A model generated the notes under the pieces. It saw nothing but the letters and a program-made list of their open reading frames with translations. It did no database searches and had not been told where the DNA came from. This document shows positions 37,893-53,123 of a stretch of DNA of 64,000 bases, in pieces. Position numbers and translations under genes: made by a program. Origin of the DNA: the human T2T-CHM13v2.0 reference genome, Homo sapiens; the NCBI RefSeq assembly GCF_009914755.1, contig NC_060933.1. One strand, 5' to 3'. The stretch's first letter is position 1. The number at the start of each line of letters is the position of its first letter.

Positions 37893-40800
37893 GTAAGTGC
37901 TTTGCAAGGGAGGAACTGTCTTGGTGGCAGACAAGGGCTCTTAGAGGTGTGAGAGCCCTTGTTTCTGGGGGGTCCCCTCAACCCAGCATCCCCTGCAGCT
38001 GGGCCAGGGCCACCGGCACCTCCCAGTACCCGCTGGTGCCTCTGGGTCCCAGGTGCTGGGGCTGGAGACAGGACAGTCAGTGTGCCCCCTTGGAGAGGAG
38101 CCTGAACTTGGGAAATGGGCTCCCCAGAGGTGGGTGGTCCGCAGCCTCAGGAGAGGCGGATGGCAGAGCAGGGGCCCTTGTCATGGTGCCTCCCAGGTAC
38201 AGGCAGGCAGGCAGCTGCTGGGGCCTGGGCTCTGGCTCAGCCCACCTTGGCTGCCTGTGCCGGTCGAGCTCCCAGGAGCTGGGATGCGCTCTCGGAGGCT
38301 GTGCCACTCCCCACTGAGCCGCCGGGGCTCTGCCGGTGGTGCTTCCTGACTTCAGCTAAGATGTAGGTCAAATGGAAGAGGCTTTGAGGCCAGGGCAGCC
38401 AGGCCCTGCGCACTCCTGGGAAGCCCCCCGCTGCCATCCACCTTCAGCGCGGTCTCCAGGAGGGGCCCCAGGCTTACTGTTCCATGCACGGCACCAGCAG
38501 CAGAAACCACCGAGCACTCAGCACTCACGGCTGTTGAGCATCCAGGGGCTGCCCGGCACCCATGGTGGGACCTATTATTATCCCAAAAGAGTCCTGGAGG
38601 CTGGGAGGCCAGTGGCCACCACCGGACCTCTATCTTCCCAGCCTGGGGCCCCATGGTGCAGAGGGTGACGGGTGTGAGATAGAAGCCGTGCCCACCACCC
38701 AGGGTTCTCCTGGCCCCACCCCAGGCTCCCGAGGAGTCGGGTCTCAGACCTGTGGAGGAAATGGATGCGTCTGCAGCCGAGGCTATAGTGTGTGCCGCCG
38801 TGGCACGGTCTGGACACAGCCGATGTTCCTGGACCTTTGGAGGCCCAGCTGGACTCACCCTTCAGCCCTGAGCCAGCCTCACCTGGGCCCCTGGCCAAGC
38901 TATGGGGGGGCCCCAGAGGCCCAAGGGTGTCAAAACAGGGACCCCAGGGGGACGGAGACATGTGTGTGCCCTTTCTGGGCCCTTGGGCGTATCAGATGCT
39001 CTGTCCAGGCTCAGAATAGCTGGCCCCAGGGTTGGCAGTGGGCCTGAAGCCTGCCCTTTCTTCCTGCCTGCCTGCCTGGTGCTGGGGGCAGAGGCCTGCG
39101 TGGAGCTCCCAGGCACCTGCCTAAGAGCCAGCCGGCACCCAGCCACTGCCAGAGAGAGGCAGCTCGGACCTCGGCCCCATGTGAGTGCAGGGCTATGGTG
39201 GGCCCCGAGGCGTGTGCCTGACAGCCTGGAGCTGGTGTGGAGCTTCCCGGCATGGCCATCTGTGTATGACTACCTGCCAGGAATCCCTGGAAGGCCAGTC
39301 CCCCAGCCTGCAGCTGGCCTGCCGGTCAGCAGGGAGAACTGTTGCCGGCCTCTGCCGACCCCATTTGTCACAGGGCGGCCGGCACTTGCCTCAGAGGGTC
39401 CCGTCTTGGTGTGGGGGTGGGCACCATGAGAGCCCCTTTGCAGCACAAGGGCCTCCTCAGGCAGAGCAGTGGCGTGAGCCCCTGGGCACAGGCAGGCAGT
39501 GGGCATGGGTACACGCGGGGCCCAGGCCTGGCTCAACACCAGCCTTGCAGGACTGGGGCAGAGCCGCCACCTGGGGACAGACTCCCCTGCTGCCGCTACA
39601 GGGAGCCCCAAGGACCCAGGCCTGGCACTGCCTCTGACCTGCTGAGTGACTGGGGCAAGCGTGGGCCTCGGGGAGCCTCGGGGGGCTACAGCGGGCTTCA
39701 GCCGTGTAGGGACGGGGCTGGCCAGGAGCTGCCTGTCCTCACGGTGCCAGGGACAAGTTGTTCGCCATGGGCCAGCGCCGCTGACGGCTCTCCCAGGGCC
39801 AGGGCCAGGGCCAGGGTTTGGCCTGTGGATTCCTCAGGGACCAAGGCCTCACCCCAGGGGGTACACAAGGGACTGTCTGAGGCTCCCTGCTGTGTCTGGG
39901 ACCCCCTGGCCAGGCCTGCCCGCACATGCCCATGAGTCTCACCGGCCCTGCGTCTTGCTCCTGGGCTGTAGGCCGTGGGCAGTGGCGGTCCCTGGTGTGC
40001 CCCGTCCTCCCCACCAGCCGAAATGCAGACTGGCAGAGGTGAGACGGGCCCGGCCCCCTGTGGCGAGTGTGTGGCTGCGCCCTGAGCCCGCCTCCCAGGG
40101 TGGGGGTCGGGACCCGTGGCCGGGGATCCGGGAATGCAGCACCCGCTGCCGGGTGTGGACTCTGGGAATGGCGATGTTCCCAGACGGATGCCGCCATGAG
40201 CGCTCACTTGCTGTTTGCCAGATAAACAAATGAGTGAACTGATGAGTGGATGAGAATGGACACAGGAAGTAGATTCTTCTGCCCCGTCCTTGCCTATTGT
40301 CCTGGGAGCCTGCGTTCACAGGCAGGTTCTTCCTAGCCCTGTGGGCGGCTCCCCACGGGAGTTCTCGGTCATCTCCCACCTCTCAGGGCGTTCCACCGAG
40401 CCCACGCCCAGCTCCTGGGAGCAACTTGCCATGAGCGGGTCCCCTGCTTTCCCACCGGCCGGGCCCTGACAGGAAGCGGAGAGTGTGGCCCCACCCGGGG
40501 TCCCGCCTCTGCCCGTGGTCCACACCTGTGGCTTCATAGCCTGGGAGCCACGGTGAGTCGAAGGCCTGCGCTGTCTCTTTTGGCTGACGTGGGTCCTGAT
40601 GGTTTGAGCAGACGGGTGCTGGCCCCCAGATGAGCACCGGGGCAGCCTCTCAATGGAGCCTGTGAGCAAGGGCGTCGTCCCAAGAGAAGCCTGGGACACA
40701 GAGGCCATTGTTTCTATCTCAGCACAGACAGAGCTCCTCCACCTGTCTGCTGTCCTCGGGACACGCCGGGAGTTGGTCCCTGTCCTGGTTCCCATTCCCC

Positions 40801-43011
40801 AGGGAGGAGGCCCAGGCGCTGGCAGGTGGAGGGGAACAGCCGGGCAGAGGAGCGGCAGGGCCCGTGTAGCCTCACAGGGCTCACTGGGTCTCAGCCCTGG
40901 GCCTCTGGCTGCCGGGCCGGGAGCATGCTGTGACTCTGAGGAGCTAGCGGAGCCCTCCAGGCTACCAGTGTCCATGAACCTCTGCCGCAGCAAGGAGGCT
41001 TGGGCCACTCTGGCAGGAACCACCAGGCGGGTCTACCCCAGCCGGGTCGGCCTAGAGCTGACCCCAGCCAGGCCTCTGCAGCCACAGGCTCCCTCCCCAG
41101 GTGCCGCTGCGTGACTCGTGAAGACAGATCGCACCAGTCACCTGAAATACACTGCAGGGGAAAATGGATCGTTTTCATCTCCTTTTTGTGGTGGTGCTCG
41201 GAGAAGTGGGCGGCCACAGTTCATTAAAAATTAAAAGCAGAGGAGGCTTCATTAATGTCTCTGGCATCGCAGGCTCCAGTTTCTCAGGGAGTCTGCCAGG
41301 CCCCAGCGTTTCTCTGCCTCCACGTGGAGGGTGCCATCTGTGCAGGTGGGCACTCCCCGCTGAGCTCCGTGGGGGCTACCCAGATTGGGGCCCACAGCCC
41401 CTCGGTGAGGGGACCAGGGTCTGGCTGGGCTCTCTCCCTAAGGGGGGCTCAGTGCTCTTGTTTCTGGGGTGCCAGGAGGAGGTCAAGGGGCCTCAAAGAG
41501 AAGCTGCTGGGGGCGCGACTAGTCCCAGACCAGCAGCCCTCGACCCCACGGTGTCTGGGGAGGAACTTGGCTGTCCGGAAGCCAGTGAGGTCCTGGCAAT
41601 GGGCAGGGTTGCATCTCTCTGTTTCCTGGCTGTGGAGGCCAAGGGGAGCCCAGGGGGACGCATTGGCTTCGTGGTCTTGCCAGGCAGCTGCAGAGGCCCA
41701 AGGCCCAGAGGTCCAGCTGCACCAGGTCCACGGGGAGGTAAAGGGAGGAGCAGGAGCTCCTTGGAGGCCTATGACCGATGGAGGGTTGGGGGCGTGGCCG
41801 GAGCTGGCTGGGGAGATGGAGCTGGCTGGGTGTTGCCTTGGAGTGGAGTGTGGGGCGATGGTCAGGGCGGAGCTGGGCACCCCCGCCTAGGAGGAGTGGC
41901 CAGGCAGGAGCCCAAGGCCCAGAGGGAGGTCAGAGGGAAGAAACATCCTGAGGGCAGAGCTGCAGGACCTGCTGATGGCTCTGGTCTAGGGGAGGGGAGG
42001 GTACAGGAGCCTGAGGTTGGTGGGGGATGGTTGGCCTGGTGCCATCAGGAATGGAGAATTCTGCCTCGGGGAGGGGGAGCCGGTGGATGCCAGAGGGTAG
42101 AGTGGGGCTGGACGGCTGCCAGCAGAGCCAGTTGGGAAGTCACCCCTGCGTGGCACTTAATTCCCGGGCTGGGTGGGAGAGAGGCACCTGTGGCAAGCCC
42201 TGGGGTCCCCCAAGGAGAACGGAGCGGAGGGGAGAACAACAGAGCTCGGGGAGGCCGTGCTGAGAGGCCCAGGGAGTAGAGGAGATTCTGGGGTCTGGTC
42301 ACCGTGAAGGGCATGGTGAGGCTCCCTGCCGGAGAGGAGAGGGTGGGAGGCAGTAGGAGCAAGTGAGGTGAGCAGACCCCCCGCGTTGAGGCTTTTGCCA
42401 TGGAGGGCGGGACAGTGGTAGGGAGGCGGGGAGGGTGGGTTCCTAAGCTCCATGCTTTTAGGGCCCGGTGGTCCCTGGGTACCGCCGGCAGTGAGGGGAG
42501 GAGGGCCTTAGGAGACCCTGGGCTCAGCCCCCGGGGGCAGCTCCCGCCTCAGCCCTGCCTGCCCCCCTGACATGGCCAGACCAGGCCCAGCGCAGCCTGG
42601 ACCTCCAGCATCCTGTCTGAGCGAAAGACATCCATTCAGAGAGAAAGACGGCGGACAGACCCCCCAAAGAGACACTTATGCAGGGAGGGGCCTCCCCAGC
42701 CAGGGCTCCAGGCACACAGAGGAGAGGCGTGGGGCAGGAGGAGGGGCTGAGGGACACAGCAGAGCTGGCTACGCTGAGGGGTTGCAGGGCATGATGGGGC
42801 ACTCTGGGGGCAGACTGACCCCCCATTAGCACTGGTTCAGACGCCACTGGTCTGTGGGAGGCTTGTCCCACTGCCTGGCCCCAGGAGCCCTGAGTATGCC
42901 CGGTGGGGTGACAAGCCTGCCCCCAGGACTTGGCCTGAGCCTCCTCTTCAGCATGGGGCAAGGGCACCCAGAGCCACACGCCTCTTCCTGGACCCTGGAC
43001 CCTTCTTCATT

Positions 43012-43312
43012 TCATTTATTTATTTATTATTCATTTTTGAGACAGGGCCTCGCTCTGTCACCTAGGCTAGGGTGCAGTGGCGTGTTGACGGCTCACTTCA
43101 GCCTCAGACTCCTAAGTTCAAACGATTCTCCTGCCTCAGCCTCCCCAGAAGCTGGGACTACAGGCACGTGCCGCCATGCCTGGCTACTTTTTATTGAGAC
43201 GGGGGTCTTGCTATGTTGTCTAGGCTGGTCTCAAACTCCCGGCCTCAAGCGATCCTCCCACCTCTGCCTCCCAAGTTCCTGGGATTATGGGCACGAGCCA
43301 CTGTGACTGGCC
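43012..43312 (-). mobile_element. Alu (AluJ-like)
   Basis: tttttgagacagggcctcgctctgtcacctaggct ... gagccactgtgactggcc. Confidence 0.9.
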
Positions 43313-44877
43313 CCTGGCCCCTTCTTGAGCTCTGTAACCAGCAGAGGCCACTGGGGCAGATCAAGGCAGGTGCTGGGACTCTACCAAGGCCCCTCCCGCG
43401 CGCCCCACAGCAGCCCCACCACGAAGGCTGCTGCACACACCTGGTCCACACCACTTACCCTGAGTGTTGTGAGCTTTGGGAAACATCGAATGTTTTAATC
43501 ACTTTCGGAGATGTTGGGGTCACCAGCCCCAGGCCAGGCAGTGACATCAAATTCTCAGATTCGATTGATAGGAGCCAGTGCCTGCTCAGAGGGGAGGTGA
43601 GGCTCACAGCCCACCCACTGGGTGTCACAGCCTCCTGCCCTGGTGGACAGTGACAAGGAAGGGGTTGAGGCAGGAACAGGGGTTAGGCTGGTGCTTACCT
43701 CCCCCGACTTCTGGACAGCTGCCCTGGGACCTCTGCTTGAACACTGCCTCCTCCACGCAGCCGTCCAGGATCCTTCCAGGCAGCACAAGTCTTCCTCCAG
43801 GCTCCACTGTCTGTCTGCCCTACTGTGTTGTGGCCCTCGCGCTGCACTGGGCAGGGGGCCCATGCTGAGGAGCTCACTGGACTGCGTGTTCTGCCCCCAC
43901 ACCATCCCTGAGGGAGGCGGGGCACCTCTCTTTGACCCCAGGGAGCAAGGCCAGGCACCGGAGGCAGCGCCCGAGGGCTAAGGCAGCCGACTGATAGGAG
44001 CAGACGTCATGGAGGGCACAGGGCCATGGCTGGGAGCAGCCGAGGGTCCCATGGAGGACAGCCCAGCACCCCAGGGCACGGGCCGTTTAGGGGGACATGT
44101 GCTCCCCCTTCCCAGAGACGGCCATGCCTGCTGCAGGAACCCTGGCTCTGGGTCTTGCTCCTGTCTGTCCTGCAGGCTGGCAGCATTGGAGTTTTCCTCT
44201 CAGGGGATCATTAAACCCTGGCCTAGCCTGGCCCGCATCCCAGCACAGCCGGGCACAGGAGACCCTGCGTCCAAGGCTGGGGCAGTGGGGGCAGCAGCCG
44301 TCCACCCCCAGGCTCCATCCTACTCTTGGTGGCCAGCCTGGGTCATGCAGGTGGCCACGGTAGGTGAGCCACGCAATCTCCCCACCCCACCTCACCCCAC
44401 CTGCCACCCCCGGCAACTGGCACACTGTGGTCTCTTCTCAGGACCGCCGGGGCCCGGTTGGAGGCCAGAGGGCTGGGTGGTAGGCCCCATGAGCAGCGGC
44501 GTGCATGGGGGTTGAGGGGTGTCTGGGAACCAGTGGCTGGGGCCATAGGTGAGCCTGAGGGAAGGGGAGCGGCACTGGCTGGAGGGGCCCCACAGCTGGC
44601 CTGCGAGGTGGGTGCAGGGATGACCACTTCCCACCAGCCCATCTTCCCTGACAGCCCTTGAGGCTGCAGTGGCCCATAGCCTTGGAGCACAGCCACCAGC
44701 GGCCTCCAGACAGAGCAGCTGACCATCAGCTGTGGACAGCCTGTATGACGCAGGTCCTACGGCATGTTCTGAGCACTTGCGGTGTCCTGAGCACCATCCC
44801 CAGGGCCATATGGGCAACTTTACCTCCTGGCAGGTGCCCTGCACCCACGGAGGCTTGGGCGAGGGTGTGTGGAGTGA

Positions 44878-45444
<567 letters not shown>

Positions 45445-45776
45445 TAGCCCCCTCTTAGCTTCACACTGTCTGAGACCAGGGCCTCTGCAGCGGGACTCGT
45501 GGGGACACCGTCCTGCCTGCTGGACACCAGGCTGGGTGGGGCAGGACCATCCATAGGTGCCAGCAAGGTCTCCCCTGTGGCCACGCCCTGCCTCCCACCC
45601 CTCCATACAGCCCCACCCTCCCCAACAGCTCCCTGCCCCGTTCCCAGCCAGAGCTTGGCATCATGCTCCCCCCGGGATTGCAGGTGAGGACTTGGGGGGT
45701 TTCCCCAGGGGCTCCACATTCACCTGCCTGCTCCCCAATCCCTATCCTGTCCTCCAAGAAGTGGAGTGGCCTCTAG

Positions 45777-46844
<1,068 letters not shown>

Positions 46845-47646
46845 TGAGTCATGTCTTTGGGGACCAGCCCCCAACCCCAGGCCTCTCTCTCTGGCTCCCT
46901 GGCACTCGGATGCTGTGCTCTGTGTCCTGTTTCTTCTCTCCCCTCTCCTGCCTCGTTCCCTTGTTCACTCGTCCACTTGTTCTGTCCTGCCTCCTGGTTT
47001 CCAGAAATCCTTTCTCTGAATGTCCTTCCGAAGATGGTGTCTCCAGTCCTTTCCTGTTTTACGCTTTCCCCATCTGCTGGGCCTGTTTCTCCCGAGCTCA
47101 CATTGGGCCCTGACTTTTTCATACCCGTAGATTTCCTCAAATGTCTGGTGCCGTTTATGCGTAAGAGTGCTCAGGCGCTGAGGGGCTCTGCAGCCACGTG
47201 TGTGGTGTGGTTGTCACCATCCAGCCATCGGGGTGAACCCTGCCAGCATGCTGGTCCCCCCTCTGGCTGCGCAGAGCAGGTTCTTCCCTGGAGAGAAGGC
47301 CTGACTGCCGGGAGCCTGGCTTCTGGGGACCTAAAGGCGTCCATGTAAACTTTTGCTCAATCCCCCTTTTCACCTGTTACCCCGTCACAAGGGGGCCTGG
47401 CATCCCCAGGCCAGAGACTTTCCCTCTCCTAAGAATGAACCTCCTGTCTTTGTCTAGGTCAGAAGAGGGCAGAACCCACTAGGAGAGTTTGAGAAGGAGA
47501 ACTGGGCCCTGACTGACTCTCAAGCTACTTTCCTAGGTCACTCCCCACCCCAAGTCCCAGGGTCCCCTGGGGCTTCTGGTTTCACATCCCCACAGGGCCC
47601 AAGTCTGTTGTGTTCACTGCCCGTCCCCTAGCACAGCGTCCAGGAC

Positions 47647-48269
47647 ATGGATGGGGGTGGGAAGATGGGTGGATGATGGATGGATGGTTGGATGGATGGT
47701 GGATGATGGATGGATGGACGGACGGACGGATGGACGGATGGATGGAGTGGATGGAGGGATGAGTGGATGGGTGGATAATGGATGGATAGGTGGATGCATG
47801 GTGGGTAGATGGATGGATGGATGGAATAGATGGATGGAGGGATGAGTGGATGGGTGGATGATGGATGGATGGATGGATGGATGATGCGTGGATGGGTGGA
47901 GGGATGGATGTTGGATGGAGGGATGAGTGAATGGGTGGAGGGATGAGTGGATGGATGGAGAGATGAGCAGAAGGATGGAGGGATGAGTGGATGGATGATG
48001 GATGGATGGATGGACAGATAAGTAGATGGATAGATGGATGAGTGGATGGATGATGAGCAGATGGTTGGAGGGATGAGTGGATGGATGGATGGAGGGATGG
48101 ATGGATGGACAGATGAGTAGATAGATGGATGAGTGGATGGATAGAGGGATGGATGGATGAGTGGATGGATGGAGGAATGAGTGGATGGATGGAGAGATGG
48201 ATGATGGAGAAGTGGATGGATGGATGAGTGAGTGGAAAGATGGATGGGTGGATGGATGATAGATGGATG
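47647..48269. repeat. Degenerate (GGAT)n simple repeat
   Basis: Directly visible. Confidence 0.95.
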
Positions 48270-49015
48270 TCCAGATACTTCTGTGGGCACTTAGTTTGCA
48301 ACAACCCCATTAAAAATCAGGGGAAAGTGGATCAGTTGAAAGAAAAGACAAGAGGAGCTGGCCATCACCAGGGGCCTTGTGAGCAGTGAGGTCTCCTTGG
48401 TCAGTGACCCTGGCATCGATGATGGTCTGGGACAAAACTAGCTTGTTGGCCATGCCCTGGTCACTGTCGCAGCAGCTGGTTCCAGGTGGCTTGGGGGCCG
48501 CTTGTCCTCAGAAGCAGCTTAGGGACGTGCCTCTTGGAGTCAGCACCTGGGGATAGGAGCTTCCTCTCCCTGTCTCTTGAACACTGTCCAGCCTTGTTCA
48601 AGGCAGCTCTGGCCTTGGGGAGGCCCTGAGTGTTCCCACATGCTCTCTCTGGCCATGTAAGGCCCCTCCCTGGGAGCCTGTTGTCAGCACAGGCAGAACC
48701 AGTGTGTTGCTGTTGGGTTGGGGCTACCCCCAATCCCGCAGATGTGGGATGTACCCTCGCTGTCTGCCTGCTGGGCTGAGCAGTGGCCAGCCCAGCATTC
48801 CTCAGTTAGAGGCCCTCCTGCAGGATCTCCGCAGTAGGTGGGGAGGGGGCAGGCTGCCTTGTCTCCCAGGTGTTAGAGCTCTGATGTGGGGGTTAGCCCC
48901 GGGTGGGTGAGTAGGAGGCCCCCATGAACCCGAGCCTGTGGAAGCCCTCGGGCAGCAAGTCCTTGCAGTGGTGCTAGAGGGGCCAGGGCCGGGCCAGCGC
49001 TGTGTCTCTCCACAG

Positions 49016-49072
49016 CTGGGGCTGCCCAAAGCAGAACTACTCCTTCAATGACTCGTCCTCCGAGATCAACTG
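49016..49072 (+). CDS. KCNT1: KCNT1 exon 5 (S1-S2 loop): [20 protein letters not shown]
   Basis: ccacag|C ... TG|gtgagt; 57 nt; two N-x-S sequons. Confidence 0.97.
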
Positions 49073-49266
49073 GTGAGTCCACACTCCAGCTCCCAATAGC
49101 CAGGCGCTCAGAGGCCTGGGACCAGGGTGGGGTGGGATGAGTCTCCACTCCAGCTCCCAATAGCCAGGCGCTCAGAGGCCTGGGACCAGGGTGGGGTGGG
49201 ATGAGTCTCCACTCCAGCTCCCAGTAGCCAGGCGCTCAGAGGCCTGGGACCAGGGTGGGGTGGGAT
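49073..49266. repeat. 64-bp tandem repeat x3 starting at the exon 5 donor
   Basis: Units begin at 49073, 49137 and 49201. Confidence 0.95.
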
Positions 49267-50199
49267 GGACAGAGGCTCACACTGCCTGGTCCCTGAGGGA
49301 TAATGCCCAGCCTCAACCCAGCAGCCACCCAGGTTCCCCAGGACACATGTGCCCTTAGCCCTGGCTGTGGTCAATGCTGGGAATGTCCCCTTCAAGAGGA
49401 GCAGTTTGAGAATTGTGAGTTCCCAGCCAGTTCCACAGCCTCCACACGCTCTTCCTGAGCCCAGTGAGAGATGCAAGGAAGCCCGTCTCCCAGTGAGGTG
49501 GCGGCTTCTCTTCCAGTTCACCATCTTACGGCAAAGGAAGGCACCTGCCCCGGGCAGGCAGTGGGAGGTGACTGCGGGGCAACTGGGGTGCCTGGTCCAG
49601 AGATTAAGACCTGTCCCCAGAACCTGCAAGGCATGTCCCCAGTGCCTGAGCCCCTGTCCGCATCAGGCAAGGAGCAGATGGCCCCCTGCAGCCATGCCCC
49701 TGCCTGTTTATGGATGAGGAACTGAGACTCGGGGAAACCCAGGGGGCTGTGGGTTAGATAGCCCGACCTCCCTGCTCTTAGGGACATTCATGGGAGCCCG
49801 GCTTCAGGGACCCAGGTGAAAAAAACAGGCTACCCAGTCTGGGGCCCAGGCTGCTGTTGCCTGTCGTGTCCAGAGAGGAGAAGCTTTGCCACCCTTGGTA
49901 GTGTCATGGGCTGCAGGCCAAGGCTCCATGGAGACTCAGCCATGGGCCCTGGCCTCACAAGCACCTCCTGGGGGGCCTGCCTGCTGCAGTCCTGCTCCAT
50001 CCTCCTCTCTTGGGGAACCTTCCCTTCCCTCCTCCTTATGGTCCCCTCCAAAGGCAAGGTAGGCTCCTTTGGTCCAGCCCCAATGAGCAGCACATGCTTG
50101 GGGCCAGTGGAGGCCAATGGTTATGGCCCCAGCCCCAGGGTGGCTGGGGGACACTAGTGGCTGTGGTGCCCTACTGTGCTGCCTCCTTTCTCTTCCCAG

Positions 50200-50248
50200 G
50201 GCTCCTATTCTGTGGGTGGAGAGAAAGATGACACTGTGGGCGATCCAG
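50200..50248 (+). CDS. KCNT1: KCNT1 exon 6: APILWVERKMTLWAIQ
   Basis: ttcccag|G ... CAG|gtgagt; 49 nt. Confidence 0.97.
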
Positions 50249-50286
50249 GTGAGTGCCCTACCCTGCCCCCCTCCCGACTGCAGTGG

Positions 50287-51309
50287 TGCTCAGTAAGCAC
50301 TGAGGACCAACCCAGACTCAGTAAGTAGGGAACCCAGGCTCGGTGAGCACTGAGGACATACCCAGTCTCAGTAAATGCTAAGAACAAACCCAGGCTCAGT
50401 GAGCACTGAGGACAGACCCAGGCTCAGTAAGCAGGGGACCCAGGCTCAGCAAATGCTGAGGACAAACCCAGGCTCAGTAAACAGGTGACTCCAACTCAGT
50501 GAGCACTGAGGACAAACCCAGCATTTACTGACCCAGGCTCAGTAAATGCTGAGGACAAACCCAGGATCAGTAAACAGGGACCCAGGCTCAGTGAGCACTG
50601 AGTACAGACCCAGGCTTAGTAAGTAGGGGACCCAGGCTCGGTGAGCACTGGGGACAAACTCAGGCTCAGTAGGCAGGGGACCCAGGCTCAGTGAGCACTG
50701 AGGACAGACCCAGGCTCAGTAAGCAGGGAAACCAGGCTCAGTAAATGCTGAGGACAAACCCAGGCTCAGTAAATAGGGAAACCAGGCCCAGTGAATGCTG
50801 AGGACAAACCAAGACTCAGTAAACAGGTGACTCAGGGTCAGTGAGCACTTAGGACAGACCCAGCATTTACTGACTCAGGCTCAGTAAATGCTGAGGACAA
50901 ATCCAGGCTCAGTAAATGCTGAGGACAAACCCAGGCTCAGTGAGCACTGAGGACAGTCCCAGGCTCAGTAAGCATGGGACCCAGGCTCAGTGAATGCCAA
51001 GGACAAAGCCAGGCTCAGTAAAACAGGTGACTCAGGCTCAGTGGGCACTGAGGACAAACCCAGCATTTACTGACCCAGGGTCAGTAAATGCTGAGGACAA
51101 ACCCAGGATCAGTAAACAGGGGACCCAGGCTCAGTGAGCACTGAGGACAGACCCAGGCTCAGTAAGCAGGGAAACCAGACTTTAGTGAATGCTGAAGACA
51201 GACAGGCTCAGTAAGTAGGGAACCCAGGCTCAGTGAATGCTGAAGACAAACTCAGGCTCAGTAAGCAGGGGTCCCAGGTTCAGTGAGTGCTGAGGACCGA
51301 CCCAGGCTC
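50287..51309. repeat. ~1-kb complex minisatellite of 21-28-bp units (cccaggctcagtRaRYRctgaggacaRa)
   Basis: Directly visible, with internal palindromes. Confidence 0.93.
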
Positions 51310-51951
51310 TACTGCTCTCCACACAATTTTCCCAGGGATCCCTGAGGACTTCCTGACCCCCTCTGTCTGCTTCACCACCTGAATCTCTCCCTCCACTGAC
51401 CCATCTGTGTCCTTGCTGTTTTCCTGGGGTGGAGAGTGCACAGGCCAGGTCCCTGGCTGGCTCCTGGGTGGGTGACCTAGTTCATGACTGGGTCCCATGT
51501 CTCCATCTGAGACCAGAGAGGGTCTTTCACACCCACCCCTATCATGTTCCAGAGGGGTCAGTAGATGCCTGTGCTGAGAGGGGTTCCGTGGGGGAAAACC
51601 AGGTCCACTGAGCCTCCATCTCCGTTCCCTCCCCACCAGGGCAGCGGGATAGCCGCTCTCTGGTGTCTTCCTGAGCGTCCTGCCTCACCCACTGCACCCT
51701 CCATCCCACCCTGGGCCTAGAGTGGGCGGCCCAGGAGGACCATGGTTTCAAGACTCCATCTGCCCTCGGCCCTGGCGGGGGTCAGCCAAAGGCCTTGGTG
51801 GCTAAGACTGTCCTGACATGGGAGTGAGGGTCAAGGCAGACCCCAGACACACACCTGGCTTTGTGTGGTACCTGCCCGCGAGGCCTGTGGGGTCAGGCCC
51901 CAGCCCCAGCCCCGGCCTGCTCCAGAGCTCCTTCCCTTTCCTGACTCCCAG

Positions 51952-52011
51952 GTCATCGTGGCCATAATAAGCTTCCTGGAGACGATGCTTCTCATCTACC
52001 TCAGCTACAAA
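51952..52011 (+). CDS. KCNT1: KCNT1 exon 7 (S2): VIVAIISFLETMLLIYLSYK
   Basis: ctcccag|GTC ... AAA|gtgagt; 60 nt. Confidence 0.98.
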
Positions 52012-52234
52012 GTGAGTGCCTGCCCGGGATGGCACCTCACAGGGGGTCCCCACCCTCCCCACCCTCCCCAGCCTCCCCCACCTCCCCCACCCTCTCCTAT
52101 TTCCCCACACTTCCCAGCCTCATCCACTGACCTCCAGGGTGGGCTCCTCGCCCTCTTCCCCACCCTGCCCCTCCCCTGCTGGGCCCCACCCCCACCCTCC
52201 ATCGCCCCCGCTGATACCCCCCGTTTGGCCCCAG

Positions 52235-52730
<496 letters not shown>

Positions 52731-53123
52731 TGAAGGGTGTGACAAACCCAGGCCACGAGGACCAGGGCCACAAACACCAGGCCACACGCAAACTGGGGCC
52801 ACGGGGCCACAGGCAGGCCCTGTGCTGAGCATCTCAGGAAACCTGGGCCACGGGGCCACAGGCAGGCCCTGCTCTGAGTGTCTCAACATGGTCCCTGTCA
52901 TGTGAATGGCAGCAGTCAGTTCCCTAGGCGCCCACCCTCTCCAAGCCAGACCCCTTGACTCACAGCCCCCATTCCTGCCCCAGTGGTAAATCAGCGTTAC
53001 CATGCTGGGTCCAAGCCTTGCACACTAACCAGCCCTCTGACCTGAGACTTAAGCCTCATCCCCGGGGATGTAGGCAAGATGGGGACCCGTCCTGAGAGAG
53101 GACAGCAGAGGGGGTGCCCTACC

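Noticed and set aside
48540-48560. Second RE1-like site tcagcacctggggatag
   Set aside because: Right half-site degenerate and spacing non-canonical.
50287-51309. CRISPR-like look (short palindromic repeats)
   Set aside because: No unique spacers or cas genes; a eukaryotic intronic minisatellite.
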